A stretch of 64,000 bases of DNA from Escherichia coli. GTDB lineage: Bacteria > Pseudomonadota > Gammaproteobacteria > Enterobacterales > Enterobacteriaceae. Shown here in pieces: positions 41,528-52,146 of the stretch; position 1 is the first letter of the stretch, and each line of letters begins with the position of its first letter. Below the pieces are notes generated by a model. That model was not told the origin of the DNA. It worked only from the letters and a program-made list of their open reading frames with translations, and did not search any database. The stretch is from the NCBI RefSeq assembly GCF_050320075.1, contig NZ_CP190018.1. One strand, written 5' to 3'. Made by a program: the position numbers and the translations under genes.

Positions 41528-43972
41528 ATGATGATTTTGAGTATTCTCGCTACGGTTGTCCTGCTCGGCGCGTTGTTCTATCACCGCGTGAGCTTATTTA
41601 TCAGCAGTCTGATTTTGCTCGCCTGGACAGCCGCCCTCGGCGTTGCTGGTCTGTGGTCGGCGTGGGTACTGGTGCCGCTGGCCATTATCCTCGTGCCGTT
41701 TAACTTTGCACCTATGCGTAAGTCGATGATTTCCGCGCCGGTATTTCGCGGTTTCCGTAAGGTGATGCCGCCGATGTCGCGCACTGAGAAAGAAGCGATT
41801 GATGCGGGCACCACCTGGTGGGAGGGCGACTTGTTCCAGGGCAAGCCGGACTGGAAAAAGCTGCATAACTATCCGCAGCCGCGCCTGACCGCCGAAGAGC
41901 AAGCGTTTCTCGACGGCCCGGTAGAAGAAGCCTGCCGGATGGCGAATGATTTCCAGATCACCCATGAGCTGGCGGATCTGCCGCCGGAGTTGTGGGCGTA
42001 CCTTAAAGAGCATCGTTTCTTCGCGATGATTATCAAAAAAGAGTACGGCGGGCTGGAGTTCTCGGCTTATGCCCAGTCTCGCGTGCTGCAAAAACTCTCC
42101 GGCGTGAGCGGGATCCTGGCGATTACCGTCGGCGTGCCAAACTCATTAGGCCCGGGCGAGCTGCTGCAACATTACGGCACTGACGAGCAGAAAAATCACT
42201 ATCTGCCGCGTCTGGCGCGTGGTCAGGAGATCCCTTGCTTTGCACTGACAAGCCCCGAAGCGGGTTCCGATGCGGGCGCGATTCCGGACACCGGGATTGT
42301 CTGCATGGGCGAATGGCAGGGCCAGCAGGTGCTGGGCATGCGTCTGACCTGGAACAAGCGTTACATTACGCTGGCACCGATTGCGACTGTGCTTGGCCTG
42401 GCGTTTAAACTCTCCGACCCGGAAAAACTGCTGGGTGGCGCAGAAGATTTAGGTATTACCTGTGCGCTGATCCCGACCACCACGCCGGGCGTGGAAATTG
42501 GTCGTCGCCATTTCCCGCTGAACGTACCGTTCCAGAACGGACCGACGCGCGGTAAAGATGTCTTCGTACCGATCGATTACATTATCGGCGGACCAAAAAT
42601 GGCCGGGCAAGGCTGGCGGATGCTGGTGGAGTGCCTCTCGGTAGGCCGCGGCATCACCCTGCCTTCCAACTCAACCGGCGGTGTGAAATCGGTAGCGCTG
42701 GCAACGGGCGCGTATGCGCACATTCGCCGTCAGTTCAAAATTTCTATTGGTAAGATGGAAGGGATTGAAGAGCCGCTGGCGCGTATTGCCGGTAATGCCT
42801 ATGTGATGGATGCTGCGGCATCGCTGATTACCTACGGCATTATGCTCGGTGAAAAACCTGCCGTGCTGTCGGCTATCGTTAAGTATCACTGTACCCACCG
42901 CGGGCAGCAGTCGATTATTGATGCGATGGATATTACCGGCGGTAAAGGCATTATGCTCGGGCAAAGCAACTTCCTGGCGCGTGCTTACCAGGGCGCACCG
43001 ATTGCCATCACCGTTGAAGGGGCTAACATTCTGACCCGCAGCATGATGATCTTCGGACAAGGAGCGATTCGTTGCCATCCGTACGTGCTGGAAGAGATGG
43101 AAGCGGCGAAGAACAATGACGTTAACGCGTTCGATAAACTGCTGTTCAAACATATCGGTCACGTCGGCAGTAACAAAGTTCGCAGCTTCTGGCTGGGCCT
43201 GACGCGCGGTTTAACCAGCAGCACGCCAACCGGCGATGCCACTAAACGCTACTATCAGCACCTGAACCGCCTGAGCGCCAACCTCGCCCTGCTTTCTGAT
43301 GTCTCGATGGCTGTGCTGGGCGGCAGCCTGAAACGTCGTGAGCGTATCTCGGCCCGCCTGGGGGATATTTTAAGCCAGCTTTACCTCGCCTCTGCCGTTC
43401 TGAAGCGTTATGACGACGAAGGCCGTAATGAAGCCGATCTGCCGCTGGTGCACTGGGGCGTACAGGATGCGCTGTATAAGGCTGAACAGGCGATGGACGA
43501 TTTACTGCAAAACTTCCCGAACCGCGTGGTTGCCGGGCTGCTGAATGTAGTGATCTTCCCGACCGGACGTCATTATCTGGCACCGTCTGACAAGCTGGAT
43601 CATAAAGTGGCGAAGATTTTACAAGTGCCGAACGCCACCCGTTCCCGCATTGGTCGCGGTCAGTACCTGACGCCGAGCGAGCATAATCCGGTTGGCTTGC
43701 TGGAAGAGGCGCTGGTGGATGTGATTGCCGCCGACCCAATTCATCAGCGGATCTGTAAAGAGCTGGGTAAAAACCTGCCGTTTACCCGTCTGGATGAACT
43801 GGCGCATAACGCGCTGGCGAAGGGGCTGATTGATAAAGATGAAGCCGCTATTCTGGTGAAAGCTGAAGAAAGCCGTCTGCGCAGTATTAACGTTGATGAC
43901 TTTGATCCGGAAGAGCTGGCGACGAAGCCGGTAAAGTTGCCGGATAAAGTGCGGAAAGTTGAAGCCGCGTAA
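41528..43972 (+). CDS. fadE: Acyl-CoA dehydrogenase FadE
   Basis: 814 aa from [11 protein letters not shown]; ORF track start 41450 is upstream. Confidence 0.95.
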   Translation: MMILSILATVVLLGALFYHRVSLFISSLILLAWTAALGVAGLWSAWVLVPLAIILVPFNFAPMRKSMISAPVFRGFRKVMPPMSRTEKEAIDAGTTWWEGDLFQGKPDWKKLHNYPQPRLTAEEQAFLDGPVEEACRMANDFQITHELADLPPELWAYLKEHRFFAMIIKKEYGGLEFSAYAQSRVLQKLSGVSGILAITVGVPNSLGPGELLQHYGTDEQKNHYLPRLARGQEIPCFALTSPEAGSDAGAIPDTGIVCMGEWQGQQVLGMRLTWNKRYITLAPIATVLGLAFKLSDPEKLLGGAEDLGITCALIPTTTPGVEIGRRHFPLNVPFQNGPTRGKDVFVPIDYIIGGPKMAGQGWRMLVECLSVGRGITLPSNSTGGVKSVALATGAYAHIRRQFKISIGKMEGIEEPLARIAGNAYVMDAAASLITYGIMLGEKPAVLSAIVKYHCTHRGQQSIIDAMDITGGKGIMLGQSNFLARAYQGAPIAITVEGANILTRSMMIFGQGAIRCHPYVLEEMEAAKNNDVNAFDKLLFKHIGHVGSNKVRSFWLGLTRGLTSSTPTGDATKRYYQHLNRLSANLALLSDVSMAVLGGSLKRRERISARLGDILSQLYLASAVLKRYDDEGRNEADLPLVHWGVQDALYKAEQAMDDLLQNFPNRVVAGLLNVVIFPTGRHYLAPSDKLDHKVAKILQVPNATRSRIGRGQYLTPSEHNPVGLLEEALVDVIAADPIHQRICKELGKNLPFTRLDELAHNALAKGLIDKDEAAILVKAEESRLRSINVDDFDPEELATKPVKLPDKVRKVEAA

Positions 43973-43978
43973 TTGAAT

Positions 43979-44005
43979 AACGGAGCCGAAAGGCTCCGTT
44001 TCTTT
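43979..44005. terminator. Bidirectional terminator between fadE and ivy
   Basis: CGGAGCC-GAAA-GGCTCCG followed by TTTCTTT. Confidence 0.5.
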
Positions 44006-44014
44006 ATCCGCTAA

Positions 44015-44488
44015 TTATTTAAAATTAAAGCCATCCGGATGGTTTTCCAGGCTGCCGGTCAACGCCGCGAACAGCACCGTTTTACCATCAATCGAAAGCG
44101 CATCGTTCACATTCAGCCAGGTGAGTTTCTCTTGCGACGTTTTCTCATCAATAGTCGAGAACAGCCCCGTCATCTGATTAGATTTCTCGGACCACATCAC
44201 AGCGATACGTTGCGAGCCACAGTCATGCGGTTTGCACGCGCTCATCACCTGATACGTCTCATCTCCCAACGTTACGGTTTGTGCGGGAGTATAAGTACCG
44301 CCTTTCATCACCCATGCAGGTAGCTTATGCCCTTGCACCATCTGATTAAACGCAGCTTTGGTGGTTTCGCCCTTTGCAAGGCTGCTAATGGTTAAATCAT
44401 CCTGCGCCATTGCACTGGTGGCGATGACCAGAGCGGCGACTGTCGTTATTGCCTTAAACATCATTCCTCCCGAGCTTATCCTGCCCAT
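44015..44488 (-). CDS. ivy: Inhibitor of vertebrate lysozyme Ivy
   Basis: 157 aa with signal peptide; MKGGTYTPAQT...CKPHDCGSQRIAVMW. Confidence 0.9.
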   Translation of the reverse strand: MGRISSGGMMFKAITTVAALVIATSAMAQDDLTISSLAKGETTKAAFNQMVQGHKLPAWVMKGGTYTPAQTVTLGDETYQVMSACKPHDCGSQRIAVMWSEKSNQMTGLFSTIDEKTSQEKLTWLNVNDALSIDGKTVLFAALTGSLENHPDGFNFK

Positions 44489-44641
44489 GTTATTAACCTC
44501 CTAAAGCCTGGCGATAACACGATAATTTGCAAATCAGATATTTCCAATATCAGCATTTGTTATCAATTTATTCTGCGCTAAGGCAACTGCCTGATAAGGT
44601 GTTAGAGTTATAAAACCCTTCGCATAAAGGAGTTGTACACC

Positions 44642-45412
44642 GTGTCTGGTTTGAAGATTACGCTTTTACAGCAACCACTGGTGTGGATGGATGGTCCTGC
44701 CAACCTGCGTCATTTTGATCGTCAACTGGAAGGTATTACCGGACGCGATGTGATCGTTCTACCGGAGATGTTTACCAGCGGCTTTGCCATGGAAGCGGCA
44801 GCTTCGTCGCTAGCACAAGATGACGTAGTGAACTGGATGACAGCCAAAGCGCAGCAGTGCAATGCGCTGATTGCAGGCAGTGTTGCATTACAAACGGAGT
44901 CTGGTTCGGTTAACCGCTTTTTGCTGGTTGAGCCGGGCGGCACGGTACATTTTTATGATAAGCGTCATCTGTTCCGCATGGCAGATGAGCATCTACATTA
45001 TAAAGCGGGCAATGCGCGAGTGATTGTGGAATGGCGCGGCTGGCGTATTTTGCCGCTGGTGTGCTACGACTTACGTTTTCCTGTGTGGTCGCGCAATCTC
45101 AACGATTATGACCTCGCCCTATACGTCGCCAACTGGCCTGCTCCGCGCTCTCTGCACTGGCAGGCATTGCTGACGGCCCGCGCGATTGAGAATCAGGCGT
45201 ATGTGGCGGGATGCAATCGCGTCGGCAGCGATGGCAACGGCTGCCATTATCGCGGTGACAGCCGGGTGATTAATCCACAGGGCGAGATTATCGCTACTGC
45301 CGACGCGCATCAGGCAACGCGCATTGATGCGGAGCTGTCGATGGTGGCGTTGCGGGAATATAGAGAAAAGTTTCCGGCATGGCGGGATGCGGATGAGTTT
45401 AGGTTGTGGTGA
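44642..45412 (+). CDS. yafV: Carbon-nitrogen hydrolase (omega-amidase) YafV
   Basis: Preferred GTG start 44642 after AGGAG; 256 aa. Confidence 0.9.
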   Translation: MSGLKITLLQQPLVWMDGPANLRHFDRQLEGITGRDVIVLPEMFTSGFAMEAAASSLAQDDVVNWMTAKAQQCNALIAGSVALQTESGSVNRFLLVEPGGTVHFYDKRHLFRMADEHLHYKAGNARVIVEWRGWRILPLVCYDLRFPVWSRNLNDYDLALYVANWPAPRSLHWQALLTARAIENQAYVAGCNRVGSDGNGCHYRGDSRVINPQGEIIATADAHQATRIDAELSMVALREYREKFPAWRDADEFRLW

Positions 45413-45463
45413 GTGGGTGTTGTGTTTAGGGGCGGGGTAAGACTACGGGTCAGGGCAAGATTA

Positions 45464-45831
45464 CGAAAGCCCGGAGCCTGTCCATCATTCTGTGTAAATG
45501 CCTTTCTCAGAAGTGACCGTCAAGGCGGTCACCGAACTCGATAATAAAGCGACTCATCCCTATCCGCCAGTCCTGAAGTGGCATCGTCCATTTTTGCGAC
45601 GCTGACTGGAAAGCCAGCCACACCACTTTTTTCACCGACTCATCTGTCGGGAACACTTTCCGTTTCTTTATCGCATGTGTGATGATGCTATTCAGCGATT
45701 CGATTGCGTTAGTGGTGTAGATAACCTTGCGGATCGCCTCCGGGTACACGAAGAATGTGGCAACATTCGGCCAGTTTGCCCGCCAGCTGCGACTTATCTG
45801 CGGGTACCGTGCATCCCATTCCTTCCCAGGG
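45464..45831 (-). mobile_element. IS256-family transposase remnant (C-terminal fragment only)
   Basis: ORF 45507-45749 resembles the C-terminal end of mutator/IS256-type transposases; bracketed by a 15-bp direct repeat AGATTACGAAAGCCC at 45449-45463 and 45832-45846. Confidence 0.55.
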
Positions 45832-45836
45832 AAAGA

Positions 45837-46958
45837 TTACGAAAGCCCGCTCCCCGCAAGGACTGACGCCAGATAGTTTCTGTCCATGGCTGCTTTTCGC
45901 ATCTTACGTCTTAACCCTGCCTTGAATACCTTATCATTCGTCAAAATATTAATAGCGATGTGCCGTATCCCTGAAAATAATTCTGCTGCGTTTCCTCTTC
46001 TTATTTTGCAGTCGTCTTCATTCATTACCACGTCCAGACGCCAGTGCAGCTTATTCTCCACGTGCCAGTGGTTTCGGATTGCTGTGGCGAACTTCTCTGC
46101 GGTTAAATCAGCAGAACTAATATAATATCTGACCGTCATTTCTGGCTCTTTCTTTTGTTCTGCTATTATTGACCGAAAGGAGACTGCCACGCATAATTTC
46201 TTCAGACCTTTCCATTCAAACGTGAAATCAATAAGTTCATCAGGGACATCGCAAACAATGTGAAGACGGATTTCTTCTCTGCCGTGACTCTTTTCACTCA
46301 TTGCGTAACTGTCATGCTCTGGATTATTTAATTCTTTCAGCGGAAATTTTTCCTCGAAGGCTTTATTTAGCCGCCCCTGGTTTCCTTTTACAGCGAATAA
46401 ATAATCACCTCCCTGTTTTTGTATCTTCTCTGCAATATCTTTCTGGCAACCCATCGCATCAGTTGTGATGATTTTTCCTTTAATATCCAGCATGTTAAGA
46501 AGTTCTGGGATAGCTATAATTTCATTGGATTTCTCATCCGTCCTGATCTGTCCGATGACCAGACTGTGCATTGTTGAGAACGCACTAATGACATGAATCG
46601 CTCCCTTGCGGCGACTCTTGTCATAAGAATGCCGGAGTGTTTTTCCATCAATTGCGATGACGTCTTTATCATCTGAAGTATGGCAATCTCGCATCCAGTT
46701 AATAAAGCACTCGTGAAATTTTGCAGGACTGATACAGGATACAACTCTGGCGATGGTATCGTGAACAGGAATACCATTTTCAAAATCACCGTATTGTTTT
46801 AAAAAATCGAGATGTGTTTCCCCAAAATCCTCTATATCTTCCCAACCTTCCGCACCCGAAATAACGGCACAAATAGTCAACAGTAGAATATCCGATAATT
46901 TATGTTCCACTTTCCAGGCTTGTCTGTAATCGGGGATAATAGAAATATGCCCCATCAA
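45837..46958 (-). CDS. ISAs1-family (H-repeat) transposase
   Basis: 373 aa; H-rpt/ISAs1-type transposase; directly downstream of an Rhs toxin-immunity pair. Confidence 0.85.
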   Translation of the reverse strand: MMGHISIIPDYRQAWKVEHKLSDILLLTICAVISGAEGWEDIEDFGETHLDFLKQYGDFENGIPVHDTIARVVSCISPAKFHECFINWMRDCHTSDDKDVIAIDGKTLRHSYDKSRRKGAIHVISAFSTMHSLVIGQIRTDEKSNEIIAIPELLNMLDIKGKIITTDAMGCQKDIAEKIQKQGGDYLFAVKGNQGRLNKAFEEKFPLKELNNPEHDSYAMSEKSHGREEIRLHIVCDVPDELIDFTFEWKGLKKLCVAVSFRSIIAEQKKEPEMTVRYYISSADLTAEKFATAIRNHWHVENKLHWRLDVVMNEDDCKIRRGNAAELFSGIRHIAINILTNDKVFKAGLRRKMRKAAMDRNYLASVLAGSGLS

Positions 46959-47193
46959 TTTTTTAAGTTCTATTTTGTTCTCCTTAATTATGTAAGGAGT
47001 ATTTGATCATGTATAAGCAATAAAAAACAGCTTTAGGTAATGAGGAATATCTCAATTTTTAAACATAAAATGCGAATTATTTAGTACAAAAAAGCAGCGT
47101 TACGTGATCTTTCCCTGCACTTCACCCTAACTTTAATTTAACTTCAAGAAGTATTAAGGCCTCAATAGCGAACTTAATACTTCTTAAAGAATA

Positions 47194-47571
47194 TCACTCC
47201 TGACCAAAATCTTTCCACACTAATGCATGAGACTTTGATTTATCACCCAAAAATTTACTTACATCTTTCCAAAGTAAAGAATTGCTATCGGTCGCAGTGA
47301 CTATTGCCTCTATAAGCCCTGTAGCTACAACTGTGGCCAATTCATCATCAATCGAGACCATACCATCTTCGACATGTTTAAATATTTTTTCTCTTTCAAT
47401 ATCACCCATTTCATAAAAATTTTTTACAATCGTTTTTCCAATCTGAGAGAACAACATAACCACCGGTGGAGTTTCTGGATGCCAGTATTCATTAGCTAAT
47501 GAGACTGTCTCAGACAAAACAGTGGAAAACGATGCCATTTTTTCTATATAATTAGCAATATATTGGTTCAT
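47194..47571 (-). CDS. Putative immunity protein for the Rhs C-terminal toxin
   Basis: 125 aa, low-GC ORF starting at the Rhs stop; position is the only evidence. Confidence 0.5.
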   Translation of the reverse strand: MNQYIANYIEKMASFSTVLSETVSLANEYWHPETPPVVMLFSQIGKTIVKNFYEMGDIEREKIFKHVEDGMVSIDDELATVVATGLIEAIVTATDSNSLLWKDVSKFLGDKSKSHALVWKDFGQE

Positions 47572-50500
47572 TACTTGCCTCCCAAAGCATTCTGTAAATC
47601 CTGAAGAACGTTTTCTGCTGCTGCTCGATCCCCTGGAGATGCTGTTGGATTCTTATCCAACCAATCCTGTAAAGCCCTTGTATAATCCTGTGCTTTCAAT
47701 ACATGTCCTCTACCACCAACTTTTTCACCTGTGGCCAATTCATAACGAACAGCATCTGCTGTGCTTCCACTTCCTACTTTTGCATTTGGCCGATAAAGAT
47801 CGTCTATAATATTTTTCAAATTTGAATCTGTAACGTCAGGTTTTCCCATCTTCTGTCGCAATTCATCTTTATACCGTTCATGCTGCATACGATCTCTTGC
47901 GCTATTCTCATCTTCTGGTCCCCATCCTCCCGGGCTTCCCGTACTGCCACCACCCAGGCAGTTCTTCTCTTCCTCCGTCAAATCCTTCCCGACATTTGGA
48001 TTCTCTTTTGATGAATCATCATTTCCAAACACGCTGGAAAAAGCACCATAGGGATCTCGCCAGAATTCCATTTGACTTTGTGCATTTAATAATTCGGCTT
48101 CACCCTGCATCTCCATACTTTTCTCAATCGCGTCCCCAACAGCCTCGCGATTGTTGTATATTATTATACCACCACCAATAACCACCGTACCGACTGCCGC
48201 ACCGACTAACATCCCCGGAGGGCCTCCTACCGAACCGATCTCTGTACCTACTTCAGAACCAGTTCCCATGGCAGTTAATGCTCCTGCGCCCAACGCCGCA
48301 CTTAATCCCAGCGGATCCAGCCGTTGCACCGGGTTCAGTGGATACGCATACAGGTTCCATCCCCCCTTCAGCCCAATCGGATCCTGGGTGATATACCTCC
48401 CCTGTAGCGGGTCATAGTACCGGTGACGGTTGTAGTACAGCCCCGACTCCTCATCATACTGCTGCCCCGGCAGACGGAGTGACTGTTGAAGGTGCTGCGT
48501 GCTTTCCTCTCCCAGCAGGTTTCCCCACTCGTCATACTCCCCGCGCCACGCCGTTTCCCCTTCCGGGCTGATAAGCGCCTGCGGCAGCCCACGGTGGTCA
48601 CAGTGGTAAAGATGAAGTTTCCTCTCCGGGATGTATTCCGCCTCCAGTTGCGCCGCCATCTGTTCCGCCGTCAACCCACACTGTGCAAGCCACTGCTGGC
48701 TTTCTTCACTCACGCTGCCCTGCCGCAGTTCCCGCTCCAGCCTCCCCAGCATCACCGCCAGCTCCGCCGGTAGCGTCACACCCGTGTCCTCCTGCAACAC
48801 CTCCGCCAGGCTACGGTGCCGCGCCTTCGCCTGTTCGCCATTCTCTGTTTCGATTCTCAGGAGCGGCGTGAAGCTCCCCGGCTGGTATACCGTCTGGATA
48901 CGCGTGGTGTCGGTCTGTACCGTCGTCAGCCTGTCGCCGTCCCACCCGTACCAGGTCACCTCCGGTTTACGCGACAGCGACATCCACCCCGTCAGGTCAC
49001 GCTCCCGCCGCCACACCCGTTTTCCCGTCCGGCGGCCCAGCGGGTCATAGAGGTAGCGGCTCTCCACCTGTGGCTCGCCGTGCTGTATCCGCGTGTAGAA
49101 CACCAGGCGGTGCTGGCTGTCGTAATGGTAGTGGTGCGTCCGCTCGTCGTGCATCCGTATCACCCCTTCCGGGATACGGTCCGTCTTCTCCGCCAGCCTG
49201 CCGTATTCATCGTAGCGGTAGACATAGTGCGCATCTTCCGTGATGCGGTTATCCGGCCATGCCGTGAGGGTGCTGTCCGGGTGCAGTTCCGGGTCCGGCA
49301 GCCGGTTTCCTGCCGGGTCCGTCGCATACGGGATATCAATGTCCAGGTTCGCTGCCGTGGTGTGGACGCCCGTCAGCCTTCCCGTGTCGCTGTAACGGTA
49401 CTCCCGGCTCTCCTGCGGGCCGCTGATGCGAATTAGCTGTCCGTTGTCGTTCCAGTCGTAGTCACGGTCAAGCTGCGGAAGGTTCAGGTGCCTGCTCCGG
49501 AGCTGGCCGCTGGTATTCCAGGCGGTGGCAAGCTCATATGCCTCCCCGCCGAAGCTGCGGGCCGTCTCACGGTGCAGCCGGTCCCGCGTGTACTCGACCA
49601 GTGGCGTACCACCCAGCTTCATTCCCGCAAGATAACCGCTGCCATACGTCAGCCACTCCACCGGCGGCAGACCGTCCGGCTCCTGACGGGTCGCCAGCCC
49701 CTGTTCGCTGTACGCGTGCTTCGTCTCATGCTCCCACAGCATCTCCCCCGTCTCCGGGTTCTCCACCGTCTGCCGTTCGCCCGTCAGGCGGCCTTTATCG
49801 TCGTGGCCGTAGTGGACCGCCACACGGTGGCCTTCGCTGATATGGCTGATTTCTGTCAGCCAGCCGTGCTCATCATACTGCCACTGCTCCGCCGGGTCGC
49901 CGTTCACCGTCCGGTGCGTGATGCGGTCCGACGCATCGTAATGCCAGAGGGTGATAAGTCCCTCGTCTTCACTGTGGACAAGCTGCCCTGTGGCGCTGTA
50001 CCGGTAACGCTGCGTCCTGCCGTCAAAGCCGCGCTGCTCCGTCAGCCTGTCCACCGGGTCATACCGGAACGTGGACTGGCTGCCGTTCTCGTTGGTCAGC
50101 ACGGTGATGCGCCCGGCAGCGTCATACCCCATGCTGCGCGTCAGACCGCCTTCCGTCACACTCACCGGACGCCCGCGTTTATCATATTCGATGGTGCTGC
50201 GTTTACCGTCCGGTGATATCGTTGCTGTCAGGTCGCCTGCGGCGCTGTACTCATAACGGGTTTCACGCCCCTGCGCATCCTTCTGACTGACCAGTTGGCC
50301 TCGCGGGTTATAACTGCTGTAAGTGCTGATGCCTTCCTCCCGGTGAACGGCGATTTGTTGACCGTACCGGTCATACTCATACCGCGTCATGTACCCCGAG
50401 CAGTCCGTGAAGGCCCGAAGCTGACCGTACCGGTTTCGCGTTATTCTCCGCGTCACCCCGATTCCGTCTTCCACCGCGCCGGGCAGGCTACTGCGGGGGG

Positions 50501-50792
50501 AGTCATAAAACCAGCGCGTAATGTTACCGTTGCGCGAGATCTCTTCTGCCAGTCGGCCCTGACGGTCATATTTCCGGCTGCTGCGTAAACCATCCGGATA
50601 TGTCACTGAAGTCAGTTGCAACTGGCTGTTGTAACCATACCGTACCGTCCTGCCGTCCGGCAGTATCACTGAAGTCAGCTTTCCAGACGCCATATGCAGC
50701 CGGTACTCCGTCCGCCGTCCTGCCGCATCCGTCTGCGCCTTCAGCCTCCCCCGCCTCATCATACTCGCTGCGGGTGATGCTCCCGTCGGCAT
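47571..50792 (-). CDS. Rhs polymorphic toxin, core YD-repeat region and variable C-terminal toxin domain (downstream part of a frameshifted gene)
   Basis: 1073 aa; YD repeats; DPxGL boundary (RLDPLGL) then Gly-zipper segment and about 150 aa unassigned C-terminal domain. Confidence 0.85.
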   Translation of the reverse strand: MPTGASPAASMMRRGRLKAQTDAAGRRTEYRLHMASGKLTSVILPDGRTVRYGYNSQLQLTSVTYPDGLRSSRKYDRQGRLAEEISRNGNITRWFYDSPRSSLPGAVEDGIGVTRRITRNRYGQLRAFTDCSGYMTRYEYDRYGQQIAVHREEGISTYSSYNPRGQLVSQKDAQGRETRYEYSAAGDLTATISPDGKRSTIEYDKRGRPVSVTEGGLTRSMGYDAAGRITVLTNENGSQSTFRYDPVDRLTEQRGFDGRTQRYRYSATGQLVHSEDEGLITLWHYDASDRITHRTVNGDPAEQWQYDEHGWLTEISHISEGHRVAVHYGHDDKGRLTGERQTVENPETGEMLWEHETKHAYSEQGLATRQEPDGLPPVEWLTYGSGYLAGMKLGGTPLVEYTRDRLHRETARSFGGEAYELATAWNTSGQLRSRHLNLPQLDRDYDWNDNGQLIRISGPQESREYRYSDTGRLTGVHTTAANLDIDIPYATDPAGNRLPDPELHPDSTLTAWPDNRITEDAHYVYRYDEYGRLAEKTDRIPEGVIRMHDERTHHYHYDSQHRLVFYTRIQHGEPQVESRYLYDPLGRRTGKRVWRRERDLTGWMSLSRKPEVTWYGWDGDRLTTVQTDTTRIQTVYQPGSFTPLLRIETENGEQAKARHRSLAEVLQEDTGVTLPAELAVMLGRLERELRQGSVSEESQQWLAQCGLTAEQMAAQLEAEYIPERKLHLYHCDHRGLPQALISPEGETAWRGEYDEWGNLLGEESTQHLQQSLRLPGQQYDEESGLYYNRHRYYDPLQGRYITQDPIGLKGGWNLYAYPLNPVQRLDPLGLSAALGAGALTAMGTGSEVGTEIGSVGGPPGMLVGAAVGTVVIGGGIIIYNNREAVGDAIEKSMEMQGEAELLNAQSQMEFWRDPYGAFSSVFGNDDSSKENPNVGKDLTEEEKNCLGGGSTGSPGGWGPEDENSARDRMQHERYKDELRQKMGKPDVTDSNLKNIIDDLYRPNAKVGSGSTADAVRYELATGEKVGGRGHVLKAQDYTRALQDWLDKNPTASPGDRAAAENVLQDLQNALGGK

Positions 50793-52071
50793 GCTCCTTC
50801 TTCACCACACGCTTCAGGCCACCCCCGCCTTCCGTGTACAGCACCTCCCGCCGGTTCAGGCTGTCCGTGATGGTCACACGGTCCTGCCCGTACTCAAAGC
50901 GGTAGTCCAGCCCCTCCGGGTTGACCTGCTCCGTCACCCGCCCGGTATCATCATACCGGTAGCGGCTCTCCGGCCTCCCTGCATAATGGTGCGCCACCAT
51001 CCGCCCGGCGTGCTCCGCATCATAAGTAAACCCGCGCACCTGCGTCCCGCTGCGGTCATACACCGCCCGCAGTTCTCCGCTGGCCGTGTACGTATAGCGC
51101 GCCAGCGGCGCAGTCGGCTGTTCATCCGGGTATGCCGGGTCGTGTGTCAGCCACACCGCCTCCAGCCGGATACCGTTATCGGCACCGTATTCTGTACCGG
51201 CGGGCAGCGTATCGGGGAAAACCTGAGAAGAGGAAACAGAACGGGGACCGGCTGGAGAAGATAAAGAAGAGGCGCGCTGTTTACGGAAGGCTTCCGCCCG
51301 CTGCGCCTGCGTGCTCAGCGCCAGGTGAAAACAGCGGCCCGCGCCGTCCGTCACCCCCGTCACCGCACCCGCCACGTCACCCTCTGCCGCCCGGTGGAAG
51401 GCCAGCGTCCGCCCGAAGCCGTCCACCACGCCCGTCAGCACCCGGTATGCGGGCGGCTCCGGCGGCAGCACCTCGTCCGCCCCCGGCACCCGCTCCGGCC
51501 AGCCGAGCACCAGCCACTGCCCGGTTGTGCTGGCAGCCATCATATAGATGTGTGGACTCAGACGGACCGCTTCCGGCAACGCCCGCCAGAGCCGCGCAAG
51601 CGGGTGGCCTTTGTGCTGTTTCAGCACCCCGCACCGCGCCAGCCAGAACGACTCGCTGCGGCTGTAGCTTATCTCGCCGGGAAACAGGGGTTCAAAGTGA
51701 ATGCTCCTGCCGCCGCTGTCGTTGAGTATCAGGCCTTCATCGCGTATCTGTAAGCGGATATCGAAGGGGGCTTTCCAGCCGGGACCAAACCCCCCCACCG
51801 GCGCGGGCGTCCTGGTCCGGTAGCTGCTGTAGGCGCGGAAAAGAACAAACGGCAGCGGGCCGGACAGTGCCAGGTCGGTTTCAGCAGGCAGCACCTTCGC
51901 TCCCAGCAGCGGGTTTACCGGATTGCCATATTTCGGCGTGGCTTCCCCTGTGGGACACACCGAGCAGGCCACACCGGTTGGCGCACCTATCAGCACCCCT
52001 GCTGAACCCTGCACAATATCCAGTCCCTTGCGGGTCATGTCACCCTGCCGCGCCGCCGGTTTTCCACCCAT
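50566..52071 (-). CDS. PAAR-domain N-terminal part of the Rhs effector (upstream part of the frameshifted gene)
   Basis: 501 aa starting [13 protein letters not shown] (PAAR-like); overlaps the downstream ORF at 50566-50792 in another frame. Confidence 0.8.
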   Translation of the reverse strand: MGGKPAARQGDMTRKGLDIVQGSAGVLIGAPTGVACSVCPTGEATPKYGNPVNPLLGAKVLPAETDLALSGPLPFVLFRAYSSYRTRTPAPVGGFGPGWKAPFDIRLQIRDEGLILNDSGGRSIHFEPLFPGEISYSRSESFWLARCGVLKQHKGHPLARLWRALPEAVRLSPHIYMMAASTTGQWLVLGWPERVPGADEVLPPEPPAYRVLTGVVDGFGRTLAFHRAAEGDVAGAVTGVTDGAGRCFHLALSTQAQRAEAFRKQRASSLSSPAGPRSVSSSQVFPDTLPAGTEYGADNGIRLEAVWLTHDPAYPDEQPTAPLARYTYTASGELRAVYDRSGTQVRGFTYDAEHAGRMVAHHYAGRPESRYRYDDTGRVTEQVNPEGLDYRFEYGQDRVTITDSLNRREVLYTEGGGGLKRVVKKEHADGSITRSEYDEAGEAEGADGCGRTADGVPAAYGVWKADFSDTAGRQDGTVWLQQPVATDFSDISGWFTQQPEI

Positions 52072-52146
52072 GAATCAATTCCTTCTGCTTTTAATATGGT
52101 TTATCTGGTCACTGCACCAGTTCCGTTTTAATTTTTTGCACCTGAC

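Noticed and set aside
41594-42091. 165-aa minus-strand ORF
   Set aside because: Antisense to fadE.
48486-51753. Many plus-strand ORFs (up to 242 aa) inside the Rhs gene
   Set aside because: Antisense to the YD-repeat core; Pro/Arg/Ala-rich translations typical of GC-rich antisense frames.
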